DNA from: Phycisphaerae bacterium
GTDB taxonomy: Bacteria; Planctomycetota; Phycisphaerae; UBA1845; UTPLA1
Length of the DNA: 24,000 bases
Direction of reading: 5' to 3'
Assembly (NCBI GenBank): GCA_023150615.1
Contig: JAKLKO010000001.1
Span: forward strand, 271,356 to 295,355
Shown here: in pieces, positions 1 to 7,337 of the stretch
Numbering within the stretch: position 1 is the stretch's first letter
Layout: each line of letters begins with the position of its first letter
Translations under genes and position numbers: made by a program
Notes under the pieces: generated by a model
Database searches by the model: none
Seen by the model: the letters and a program-made list of their open reading frames with translations, nothing else
What the model was told of the DNA's origin: nothing

Positions 1-326
1 CACGCCTGCTCTACGCCCTCGCGCCGCAGCCGCGATACCTCTGGATCGTTCCGGACGCACGGCACAACCAGTGCGTGGCCGTTCGGCCGGCCGAGTACGC
101 GCGGCGGACCGTGGAATTCTTCGATCGCTTCCTCGCCGGCCAGTGCGGCCCGGACAACATGTATCAGCTCGGCTCCTTCGCGGAGATGGCGGCGGGCGAG
201 CGCGCAACGGCGCGGCGCGCGGCGCGCGACGTCGTCGGCGCCGGCGATTGGGCGCATGCGGCGGCGGAGTCTGACGACCAGTCGCCGGCACGCGCAGCGC
301 GCGCGAACGCGCCGGACACGCGCTGA
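1..326 (+). CDS. alpha/beta-fold hydrolase, C-terminal fragment (5' end outside window)
   Basis: Frame 3 is open from base 3 to the TGA at 324-326. The translation RLLYALAPQPRYLWIVPDARHNQCVAVRPAEYARRTVEFFDRFLAGQ... has the ..VPDxxHN.. catalytic-His region and terminal helix typical of alpha/beta hydrolases. The stop is 8 nt before the next gene, which looks operon-like. Confidence 0.55.
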   Translation, partial: RLLYALAPQPRYLWIVPDARHNQCVAVRPAEYARRTVEFFDRFLAGQCGPDNMYQLGSFAEMAAGERATARRAARDVVGAGDWAHAAAESDDQSPARAARANAPDTR

Positions 327-334
327 TTTCAATC

Positions 335-2071
335 GTGGGGAGATACTTTGATCGACTGGCGCTCGCGTTCGCACGGCGGCATGCCGCGAGTGCGGTCGCG
401 GCCTTTATGGAGCAGGCGCGCCGCGCCCGCCGCACCCAGGCGGCCGTGCTGCGCTCGAAGTTGCGCCTGAACGGCGACAGTGAATTCGGGCAGCGGCATC
501 GACTGTCCGGCGTGCGGACGTTCGCAGACCTCGCGCAACGCGTGCCGATCACGTCGTACGACGCCTACGCCGCGGACATCGAGCGCCTGAAGGCGGGCGA
601 CACGCGGGCGCTGCTCGGCCCGCGGCAACGCCTGCTCATGTTCGCGCTCACGAGTGGCACGACGCGCGAGCCGAAGCACGTGCCGGTCACGAGCGCGTTT
701 CTCGCGGAGTATCGGCGCGGCTGGAATGTCTGGGGACTCAAGGCGCTCGAGGACCATCCCGGCTGCATCCTGCGGCACATCACGCAGGTCAGCAGTCCGA
801 TGAACGAGTCGATGACCACCGCCGGCGTTCCCTGCGGAGCGATCACGGGACTCATGGCATCGACGCAGAAGCGGCTCGTGCGGCGTTTCTACACGGCGCC
901 CCTCGCCGTGTCGGCCATTCCCGATCCGCGGGCGAAGTATTACGTCATCATGCGGCTGGCCGTGCCGAAGGACGTCGCGTTCCTGATTACGGCGAACCCC
1001 GCGACACTGCTGCTTCTCGTTCAGACCGCCGACGCGCACCGCGCGGCGCTGATCCGGGACGTGCACGATGGCACGATTTCCACCGCGTTCGAAATCCCCG
1101 ACACCATCCGGGCGGAACTGAGCCGCCGGCTGCGGTCCGATCCGGCCGCGGCGCGACGGCTCGAAGCGCTCGTGTCCACGCATGATGTGCTACGGCCGCG
1201 CGACTACTGGCGGCTCGGATTCGTCGCGCACTGGCTTGGCGGGACGATGGGGCTGTACCGGCCGCGCTTCGAGCCGTGGTTCGGGCGGATGCCGGTCCGC
1301 GATCCCGGACTGCTGGCAAGCGAAGGACGGATGTCGATCCCAATCGCCGATGACACCCCGGCGGGCATCCTCGACGTGACAAGCCACGCCTTCGAGTTCA
1401 TCCCGGCCGAGGACTATGAATCGGACGCGCGTCGTGCCATCGGGATCGAGGCAATCGAGACGGATCGCGAGTATTTCCTGCTCCTGACGACCTCCTCTGG
1501 ATTCTGGCGCTACGACATCGGCGATCGCGTCCGCGTGGTCGATTGGTTCGGCGAGGCGCCGGTGATCGAGTTCCTCAGCAAGGGCGCGCACACGTCGTCG
1601 ATGACGGGCGAAAAGCTGACCGAGCACCACGTCGTCGAAGCGATGCGCGACGCGGCGGCGCGATGCAGCGTGGTCGTGGACACGTTTTTCGTCGCGCCGC
1701 GCTGGGCCGAGTTGCCGTACTACCGGGTCTATCTGCAGGCCGGCGCCGACGGTGCGGATCCGATCGACGCGGGGCGCCTCGCAACCTCTTTCGACGGGGC
1801 GCTCTGCCGCGAGAACATCGAGTACCGGCAGAAGCGCGATTCGCAACGACTCGGGCCCGTGCAGGTGGCCGTGCTGCCGCACGGGACGATCGACGCGATC
1901 GACACGGCCCGTCGCCAAGCGCAGGCCGGTCGCGCGGAGCAATTCAAGCATCAGTATCTGCTGGCAGAACCGGGCATGGATGACGCGTGGATCAACGGAC
2001 TCCGCCGTCAATCCGGGATGCATGGGCCCCCGCAGGACCCGGCTAGCGAAGCCAGCGGACCACGTCGGTGA
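335..2071 (+). CDS. GH3-family acyl-acid amido synthetase homolog (adenylate-forming enzyme, bacterial GH3 domain protein)
   Basis: 578 aa ORF starting at GTG 335. It carries the GH3/ANL-type nucleotide-binding motif FALTSGTTREPKHVPVT, then WRYDIGDRV and KGAHTSSMTGEKLTE. The N-terminal ..FMEQ....Q..VL.. pattern matches bacterial GH3 proteins. The start is uncertain (GTG 335 or ATG 407). Confidence 0.75.
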   Translation: MGRYFDRLALAFARRHAASAVAAFMEQARRARRTQAAVLRSKLRLNGDSEFGQRHRLSGVRTFADLAQRVPITSYDAYAADIERLKAGDTRALLGPRQRLLMFALTSGTTREPKHVPVTSAFLAEYRRGWNVWGLKALEDHPGCILRHITQVSSPMNESMTTAGVPCGAITGLMASTQKRLVRRFYTAPLAVSAIPDPRAKYYVIMRLAVPKDVAFLITANPATLLLLVQTADAHRAALIRDVHDGTISTAFEIPDTIRAELSRRLRSDPAAARRLEALVSTHDVLRPRDYWRLGFVAHWLGGTMGLYRPRFEPWFGRMPVRDPGLLASEGRMSIPIADDTPAGILDVTSHAFEFIPAEDYESDARRAIGIEAIETDREYFLLLTTSSGFWRYDIGDRVRVVDWFGEAPVIEFLSKGAHTSSMTGEKLTEHHVVEAMRDAAARCSVVVDTFFVAPRWAELPYYRVYLQAGADGADPIDAGRLATSFDGALCRENIEYRQKRDSQRLGPVQVAVLPHGTIDAIDTARRQAQAGRAEQFKHQYLLAEPGMDDAWINGLRRQSGMHGPPQDPASEASGPRR

Positions 2072-2264
2072 CCAGATCGATGCCCGCGCCCACCTGGGCG
2101 GCGGCCGGACTGGCCAGTCCGAAGAGGCCCGTGATGCCGCCGATCGTCAGACCGTTGAGCATCAGTTCACCGACGCGCGTCACGCAGCTCATCGCGCTGA
2201 CGGTTCCGATGCAGGTAACGGCCAGACTGGTCCAGCGAAGCCAACGTCGGGTACGGCGATCCAT
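2043..2264 (-). CDS. small hydrophobic protein, 73 aa, unknown function
   Basis: The ATG at 2264 is preceded by GTGAGGAGATTGGACG (GAGGAG about 8 nt upstream). The product is MDRRTRRWLRW followed by two hydrophobic, Gly-rich stretches (TSLAVTCIGTVSAMSCV and LTIGGITGLFGLASPAAAQVGAGI). This is not the Arg-rich junk seen in shadow ORFs. Its 3' end overlaps the GH3 gene by 29 nt, convergently. Confidence 0.45.
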   Translation of the reverse strand: MDRRTRRWLRWTSLAVTCIGTVSAMSCVTRVGELMLNGLTIGGITGLFGLASPAAAQVGAGIDLVTDVVRWLR

Positions 2265-2373
2265 CGTCCAATCTCCTCACCGCCCGCGTCCCCAACACAC
2301 GGCGAGCGGGATCAGCGCGGAACGTCAGAAAAACCCGGGGAAGAGTGGACAGACGTGTACCGCGCCGCTACCA

Positions 2374-2402
2374 CCATTAACGGCGATTCTGCCGCCTGTC
2401 AA
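2374..2402 (-). promoter_or_regulatory. sigma70-like promoter candidate for the small ORF
   Basis: The minus strand reads TTGACA (2402-2397), then 15-17 nt, then GTTAATGG (to 2374). It lies about 100 nt upstream of ATG 2264. The -35 is perfect and the -10 is weak. Confidence 0.2.
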
Positions 2403-2435
2403 TAAGCTGTGCTAAGTCCATTCCGATCCATGGGT

Positions 2436-2441
2436 TATAAT
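2436..2441 (+). promoter_or_regulatory. -10 box candidate (perfect TATAAT) upstream of tsaC/sua5
   Basis: TATAAT sits at 2436-2441 inside a locally AT-rich patch of an otherwise GC-rich region, 62 nt upstream of ATG 2503. I found no convincing -35. Confidence 0.3.
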
Positions 2442-2502
2442 CTACCTGCCGGGTGGTCCGGCCGCCTGGTGCGGCGCAACGAGTCGCCGAGACGGGATCG
2501 CG

Positions 2503-3531
2503 ATGAAAGAACGCACGACGGCCATCGAACGCGTTGACGCCCGCGCGCCGGACGAAACGGTGATCGCACGGGCGGCGGCGATCCTCCGCGATGGCGGCCT
2601 CGTCGCGTTTCCGACGGAGACCGTCTACGGACTGGGGGCGAACGCACTCGATGCCGACGCGGTAGCGCGGATCTTCACGGCGAAGGGGCGACCGACCGGC
2701 AACCCGCTGATCGTTCACGTCGCCGACGCGGCCTCGGCTGCGAGGTTCGCTTCGCAGTGGCCGGCCGTCGCGGAACGGCTGGCAACGCGATTCTGGCCCG
2801 GACCCCTGACGATCGTCGTCCGGCGTACTGCGGCGATTCCGGACGTCGTCACTGGCGGCGGCGAGACGGTCGGGCTGCGTGTCCCGTCGCATCCGGTCGC
2901 GCTGGCCCTGTTGCGGCAGGCGGGCTTGCCGATCGCAGCACCGAGCGCGAATCGTTCGGAACGGGTTTCGCCGACGCGGGCCGAGCATGTCCAACGCTCG
3001 CTCGGCGGCCGGATCGAGCTGATCCTCGACGCGGGGCCGACTCCCGGCGGGCTCGAATCGACGGTCGTGGACGTGACCGGGTCGGATCCGGTTGTATTCC
3101 GGCCGGGGCCGATCAGCCGGGAGGCGCTCGAAGCGGCCGCGGGGTGCCCCGTTTCGTATTGTGTCCCGCGCCGGATTGATGGAGTCTCGCGGTCTCCCGG
3201 CATGGCGCGAAGGCACTATGCCCCGCGGGCACGGCTGCGACTGTGCGACGGCGACACGGCGGAACTATGCCGATCGCGCACCAGAGCAGGACGCTCGGTC
3301 GGCCGGATCGTTCGGCATCCGCCGGCGACGCCGGAGATCGAGGGCGTTCGCAGCGTCGTGCTGCCCGCTGATTCGGTGGCGTACGCGGCGAAGTTATACG
3401 CGGCGCTTCACGAGCTGGACGACGCAGGCGTCGATGAGATCGTGGTCGAACTGCCCCCGGACCGGCCGGAGTGGTTTGCGATCCGCGACCGGCTCATGCG
3501 AGCGGAATCAAAGTCGGCGAGTGACGGATGA
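2503..3531 (+). CDS. tsaC: L-threonylcarbamoyladenylate synthase, Sua5/YwlC type (YrdC domain plus Sua5 C-terminal domain)
   Basis: 342 aa. It has the YrdC-domain hallmarks GGLVAFPTETVYGLGANAL, KGRPTGNPLIVHV, WPGPLTIV, SANRSERVSPT and STVVDVT. The C-terminal extension of about 130 aa matches the Sua5 length class. Confidence 0.85.
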   Translation: MKERTTAIERVDARAPDETVIARAAAILRDGGLVAFPTETVYGLGANALDADAVARIFTAKGRPTGNPLIVHVADAASAARFASQWPAVAERLATRFWPGPLTIVVRRTAAIPDVVTGGGETVGLRVPSHPVALALLRQAGLPIAAPSANRSERVSPTRAEHVQRSLGGRIELILDAGPTPGGLESTVVDVTGSDPVVFRPGPISREALEAAAGCPVSYCVPRRIDGVSRSPGMARRHYAPRARLRLCDGDTAELCRSRTRAGRSVGRIVRHPPATPEIEGVRSVVLPADSVAYAAKLYAALHELDDAGVDEIVVELPPDRPEWFAIRDRLMRAESKSASDG

Positions 3532-3595
3532 TCGCGGCATTGATTGCGGGTATTGCGCGGTCGTTCACCGATGTCGGAGTGGCGGGACAAACCTG

Positions 3596-3970
3596 ATGCA
3601 TGATCTGCCCGCGTCCGCGCGGATCCACGGTCGGCAACGGTTCAAGGCGATCTACGAGTCGCGCTGTTCGGCAGCCGACGCGAGGATCGTCATGTACGCA
3701 CTTCCGAACGGCCGGCAGCGGAGCCGCCTGGGTGTCGTCGTGGGTCGCAAGCACGGCACCGCCGTGCGGCGGAACCGACTGAAGCGGCTGCTCCGCGAGG
3801 CGTTCCGGCTGGTTCAGGCCGAGCTACCGGGGGGCATGGACTTCGTCGTCATTCCGCGCGTCGGCGGCCATCCGACGGTGGAGACCCTCTCGACGTCGCT
3901 TCGGAGTGTGGCGCGGCGGGCCGTGGGTCGAGGCCGGCGCCGCGGATCCGGGGCGGCGGACGACGCCTAG
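3596..3970 (+). CDS. rnpA: ribonuclease P protein component
   Basis: Only the ATG-3596 portion of the 3092-3970 ORF is used. RLGVVVGRKHGTAVRRNRLKRLLREAFRLVQAELPGGMDFVVIPRVG aligns closely with the conserved RnpA RNR-motif region (E. coli [47 protein letters not shown]). Confidence 0.85.
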   Translation: MHDLPASARIHGRQRFKAIYESRCSAADARIVMYALPNGRQRSRLGVVVGRKHGTAVRRNRLKRLLREAFRLVQAELPGGMDFVVIPRVGGHPTVETLSTSLRSVARRAVGRGRRRGSGAADDA

Positions 3971-4002
3971 CGATTCTCGAACGCTTTTCGGACGCACGGG
4001 CC

Positions 4003-4025
4003 GGCGCGGTCCGCGCCCTTGTTGG
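4003..4025 (+). terminator. weak hairpin plus T-containing tail after rnpA
   Basis: GGCGC-ggtcc-GCGCC followed by CTTGTTGGG, about 33 nt after the rnpA stop. The stem is short, so confidence is low. Confidence 0.2.
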
Positions 4026-4164
4026 GAGCGTGATGCGCCGAGGATCGTTATCGGGCGGAGAAACGGCGGAGAAATGTCAAGCGGCTCGGACGTTGCGCCG
4101 ACGAAGGGTCAAGACTGCCGGTAACGGACCGGACCAGCAAGGGTTTTGTGAAAAAGGACAGGAC

Positions 4165-4542
4165 ATGAACTTCAACTTTTCGGCGAAGAACACGAACGGC
4201 AACAAGGCGGCGTTTCGCACGCTGATCAGCCAGAAACAGCAGTTCTTCAAGCGGTTGGCGCGACGCTACAACGCGTCGAAGAACCCGTCGGAGCGGACGT
4301 TCCTGCGATCCGAGGCGGCCCGGGTCGCCCATGAACTGAAGAAGTTCGCGCAGCAGTGGAAGAAGAACGCGTTCGGCAGCAACGGCTGGGTGACGCGCGG
4401 CTACCAGGTCGGGTCGTTCAGCCGCATCGGGGCGTCGAGCCAGGCCTACGGCGCGTCGAAGAACCGCGCGCGGTCGCGGCGGAAGTACCACAGCCGACGG
4501 ACGACGCGGAGCCGGAACTACCGCTCGTACGTCGCCTGGTAA
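4165..4542 (+). CDS. highly basic 125 aa protein, unknown function (helical N-terminal half, Arg/Ser/Tyr-rich tail)
   Basis: The ATG at 4165 is preceded by AAAAAGGACAGGAC (SD-like). The product is MNFNFSAKNTNGNKAAFRTLISQKQQFFKRLARRYNASK...KNRARSRRKYHSRRTTRSRNYRSYVAW. G/C-ending codon usage is kept even for Lys/Asn/Phe. A clean intrinsic terminator follows. The ORF part upstream of 4165 (from 4030) looks non-coding. Confidence 0.6.
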   Translation: MNFNFSAKNTNGNKAAFRTLISQKQQFFKRLARRYNASKNPSERTFLRSEAARVAHELKKFAQQWKKNAFGSNGWVTRGYQVGSFSRIGASSQAYGASKNRARSRRKYHSRRTTRSRNYRSYVAW

Positions 4543-4582
4543 GCGCGTTGCGGCGAACCGCCGCTCAACGCGATGAACTGAC

Positions 4583-4623
4583 GAACGCCCCGGTCGCACA
4601 CCCGGCCGGGGCGTTCTCTTTGG
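4583..4623 (+). terminator. rho-independent terminator
   Basis: Perfect 11-bp stem GAACGCCCCGG (4583-4593) / CCGGGGCGTTC (4606-4616) with a 12-nt loop, followed by TCTTTGG. It lies 41 nt after the stop at 4542. Confidence 0.6.
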
Positions 4624-4672
4624 CGCAGCGGCCGTGCGGGATCCGAGCGCAAGTCGCACCGGCCAAACGAAC

Positions 4673-4702
4673 AAGCCCCGGGCCGATGGCGACCCGGGGC
4701 TT
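4673..4702 (-). terminator. hairpin terminator for the convergent minus-strand gene (possibly bidirectional)
   Basis: Perfect 10-bp stem AAGCCCCGGG (4673-4682) / CCCGGGGCTT (4693-4702) with a 10-nt loop. On the minus strand it is followed by GTTCGTTTGG. It lies 31 nt downstream of the stop at 4734. Confidence 0.45.
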
Positions 4703-4733
4703 GCGGTTTCCTATACAAACGTGAAGTCGACGA

Positions 4734-7001
4734 TCAGAGGTTGTCGACGAACTCCTGAATGTCGAAGCCGTCGACTTGCGTGTCGAGATTCACGTCGGCC
4801 GGGCACTCGCCCATCGGGTTCACGAGCGCATCGACGAAGTCGGAGATGTCGCCGGCGCCGAGGACCCCGTCGCCGTCAAAATCGCCCGGCAGCACGGTCA
4901 ACTGCCAGGACTCCTGATCGGCGCCCGGTCCACAGGTACTCTCGGCCCGCACCGTGACGGTGTACGGCGTCCACGACGCGGCCGGACTCGCCCAGGAGAC
5001 CGATCCGTCAGGATTGACGGACATGCCGCCCGGGCCGGCCACGAGGTTCCAGGTGAAGGGCGGCGTGCCGGACACGGTCGGCGCGGACGAGTTGTACGTC
5101 GCACCGCACGCGACGGAGTCGTTGGCGATCGGGCTGATATCCGGATCGGCGCACGGGACGCTCGGGACCTGCGCCGCGACCGTCAGTGTGGACGGCGTAC
5201 CAGCTTTGAAGAGGTCGATCGTTACGTTGCCGGCTGTCGGAGGCACGTTCGCGTCAAAGCGGAAGTTGTAGGTCGTTCCCCAGCGAAGCGCGTTGGCATT
5301 CTCGGGCGGGGAGAACGCCTGAGCGGCCCACGTCAGCGTCGTTCCCGTCGTGACGCCGTTGGTCGGCTTGGACCAATCGGTGCCATCGTAGGGTTCGTCG
5401 CTGTGATAGAAGACATCGTGGAAGCCGGAATTGCTGATGGTCGTCCCGACACCGCAGGGCACGATGAACCCGTCCGCAGCGCGATCGGCGTTCATGTTGT
5501 ACAGCGCGTATTCGTAGTGCCACGTCCCGCCGCCGAGATCAGACACCTTGTAGCCGAGGACGAAGCGTCCATCGACGACCGTCGATCCATTGATCACGTC
5601 GGCGTTGACGAGCGTGACGCCGGACTCGATTGTCGGCCAGACCTCGATGCAGGCCCTCTGCGCGACCGTGCTGTCGGCAAATGAGAGATTGTACTGCACG
5701 TTGGGCGGCGTCCCGACGAGACCGCCGACCGTCGAGCGACGATACGAAACGTTGTTGTAGCGGCGGGCTTCCTGCTCCTGCGTATGGACGTACTGTACCT
5801 CGCAGTAGTAAAGCGCGCCGGCGTTCTGCGCCGGGTCAAGATCGCTGTTGAGGATCTGGAGGCGCTTGAAGATCGGCTGGTCCGGACGGCCGGTCCCAGT
5901 GGAATTCCAATGCTTGATGTACGGATATGGGAACACGCCCGTCCAGGGCTGAATCTCGGACCGCGGACCGAGATCGTCCTGCGCGGCATTGAGGCTCGCG
6001 CCGTACGTATCGGTGGCGAAGAGGCCGAGCCAGTCGCAACTGCCGTTGGGGACGTACGGGCTGCCGCAGTTCGGTGCGTCTGCCGCGCACCAGCCGTGCT
6101 TCAGCCAGCTCATGCCGATCATCTCGAAGCGGCCTGCTCCGCTGACCGTCTTATGGCGGTACATGTTCTGCCCGATCACGGGGTGCTGATTGCAATTCGG
6201 TCCGCTTGTGCAGTCGATCCAGATCGCGTCCTGATCGCCGATGTTGCACGAGACCGTGGTCACGGCATAGGCGCCGATGCGGCCGGTGCCGGGGTCGTAG
6301 CTGCCGTACTCGCTGAAGGAGGACCCGATGGTCGACGTGATGACGTCCGGGCCGATGAGGCGCTGTCCGCCGCCGGCGGGCGACGTATTGCCCGGGCGCT
6401 CAACCTGATCGACGCCTTCCACCGCGACCTGCGACCGCAGGACGAAAGTGCCGACGGCCGTGCCGGCAGCGCGGGCATCTCTCAGAATTTCCGTGGCGAA
6501 GGACTCGGCGACGACAAGCGTCGACGTGATTACGAGGGCGTTGTTCGAGGCGTCGATCTGAATCGATGTGCTATCCGGCGCGAGCTCGAAGAGTGGGCGG
6601 CCGAGTTCGCGGCCGTCCTGCAGCGTTGCCTTGCGTCCGCTGAACGCGACGTAGAGGTCGCCGAATTCCAGAGCGCCGGCGAGGGGTCCCTGCGGGATGT
6701 TCGCGGAGAACTGGCCCACGGTGCGCAATCCGCCCGCGAGACTGAACGGCGAACCGTTCTTCGTGGTCAGCGACATGTCCGACTCGTCGACCTGACCGTT
6801 CATCACGACTGTCTGTCCGGCGACGAGGCCGACGCGGGCCGCGACCGACGGTTCGAAGTCGAGACTGATCGTGGCGGCCGCCGGCCGATACGCGACGAAC
6901 AGGTCACGATTCGACATCGGTGCAGCGCTCGCAGCGACAGCGACGACGGTCGTTACGAGCGCCCAAATGCAACACGTTGAACCACTCCCGCGCAGAGACA
7001 T
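4734..7001 (-). CDS. secreted multidomain protein: signal peptide, N-terminal domain of about 190 aa, uncharacterised Cys-rich core of about 400 aa, Ig-like domain, C-terminal dockerin-like module
   Basis: 755 aa. The ATG at 7001 is preceded by AGAAGGAGTCGCT (strong SD). The signal peptide is MSLRGSGSTCCIWALVTTVVAVAASA. The core is paralogous to the 7338-8807 product. It has a terminator downstream. Confidence 0.85.
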   Translation of the reverse strand: MSLRGSGSTCCIWALVTTVVAVAASAAPMSNRDLFVAYRPAAATISLDFEPSVAARVGLVAGQTVVMNGQVDESDMSLTTKNGSPFSLAGGLRTVGQFSANIPQGPLAGALEFGDLYVAFSGRKATLQDGRELGRPLFELAPDSTSIQIDASNNALVITSTLVVAESFATEILRDARAAGTAVGTFVLRSQVAVEGVDQVERPGNTSPAGGGQRLIGPDVITSTIGSSFSEYGSYDPGTGRIGAYAVTTVSCNIGDQDAIWIDCTSGPNCNQHPVIGQNMYRHKTVSGAGRFEMIGMSWLKHGWCAADAPNCGSPYVPNGSCDWLGLFATDTYGASLNAAQDDLGPRSEIQPWTGVFPYPYIKHWNSTGTGRPDQPIFKRLQILNSDLDPAQNAGALYYCEVQYVHTQEQEARRYNNVSYRRSTVGGLVGTPPNVQYNLSFADSTVAQRACIEVWPTIESGVTLVNADVINGSTVVDGRFVLGYKVSDLGGGTWHYEYALYNMNADRAADGFIVPCGVGTTISNSGFHDVFYHSDEPYDGTDWSKPTNGVTTGTTLTWAAQAFSPPENANALRWGTTYNFRFDANVPPTAGNVTIDLFKAGTPSTLTVAAQVPSVPCADPDISPIANDSVACGATYNSSAPTVSGTPPFTWNLVAGPGGMSVNPDGSVSWASPAASWTPYTVTVRAESTCGPGADQESWQLTVLPGDFDGDGVLGAGDISDFVDALVNPMGECPADVNLDTQVDGFDIQEFVDNL
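4737..4883 (-). other. dockerin-like / EF-hand-like two-loop Ca-binding module (domain of 4734-7001)
   Basis: DFDGDGVLGAGDISDFVDALV ... DVNLDTQVDGFDIQEFVDNL. These are two D.D/N.DG......D loops, each followed by a helix, as in type I dockerin repeats. Confidence 0.6.
4890..5120 (-). other. Ig-like domain (putative-Ig / cadherin-like He_PIG type), domain of 4734-7001
   Basis: CGATYNSSAPTVSGTPPFTWNLVAGPGGMSVNPDGSVSWASPAASWTPYTVTVRAES...WQLTV fits the G.PP.TW.L..GP.GMS....G..SW.P....Y.VTV pattern of that domain class. The assignment is from memory of the motif, not from a search. Confidence 0.45.
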
Positions 7002-7294
7002 AGCGACTCCTTCTGTGACCTCGCTCGCCCAAGAGAAAAGATGTACTCAGAAAACCGAGCGGCCGAATGGCCGTACCGACCCGGATTCTCTTCCCCAATC
7101 TCCTCCGAAGCACCCGGGCAGACCCAGGCACCCGAGCGGTCGGCCTCCGGAGCAATTGGTCCGTTAATGTTAACAGAACGGGCGGGGCGGCGTCCAGCGA
7201 AAAAAAATGACCGGCAAGACCAGACCGCGTGAGCCCTGACCGTCCCGGCCGGTTTTCACAGCCCGGTTGATTGACGCCGATGGCCCGCTCCCGC

Positions 7295-7320
7295 GACCGC
7301 GGCCCCGCCCCAGCGCGGTC
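7295..7320 (-). terminator. GC-rich hairpin without U-tract after the upstream paralog (possible I-shaped terminator)
   Basis: 7-bp stem GACCGCG (7295-7301) / CGCGGTC (7314-7320) with a 12-nt loop, 18 nt downstream of the stop at 7338. There is no T-run directly after it. A T8 run lies farther downstream at 7200-7207 (minus-strand sense). Confidence 0.25.
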
Positions 7321-7337
7321 CAACAGGGTGCCTGCGG

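Noticed and set aside
329-1183. 284 aa minus-strand ORF (also 1190-2023 and 2377-3216) opposite GH3 and sua5.
   Set aside because: These are antisense to genes with clear family motifs, and the products are Arg/Pro-rich junk.
3092-3595. Upstream part of the 3092-3970 ORF, which overlaps the sua5 3' end.
   Set aside because: It is out of frame with sua5 and Arg/Cys-rich. RnpA homology begins at ATG 3596.
4030-4164. Upstream extension of the basic-protein ORF (MMRRGSLSGGETAEK...).
   Set aside because: There is no SD at 4030. The SD-like AAGGACAGGAC sits directly before ATG 4165, and the composition changes at that point.
5784-6980. 398 aa plus-strand ORF (also 4776-5684 and 8022-9017) opposite the dockerin-tailed paralogs.
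   Set aside because: The minus-strand frames carry signal peptides, strong SDs, paralogous conservation and dockerin modules. The plus-strand translations are Arg/Asp/Gly-rich with no features.
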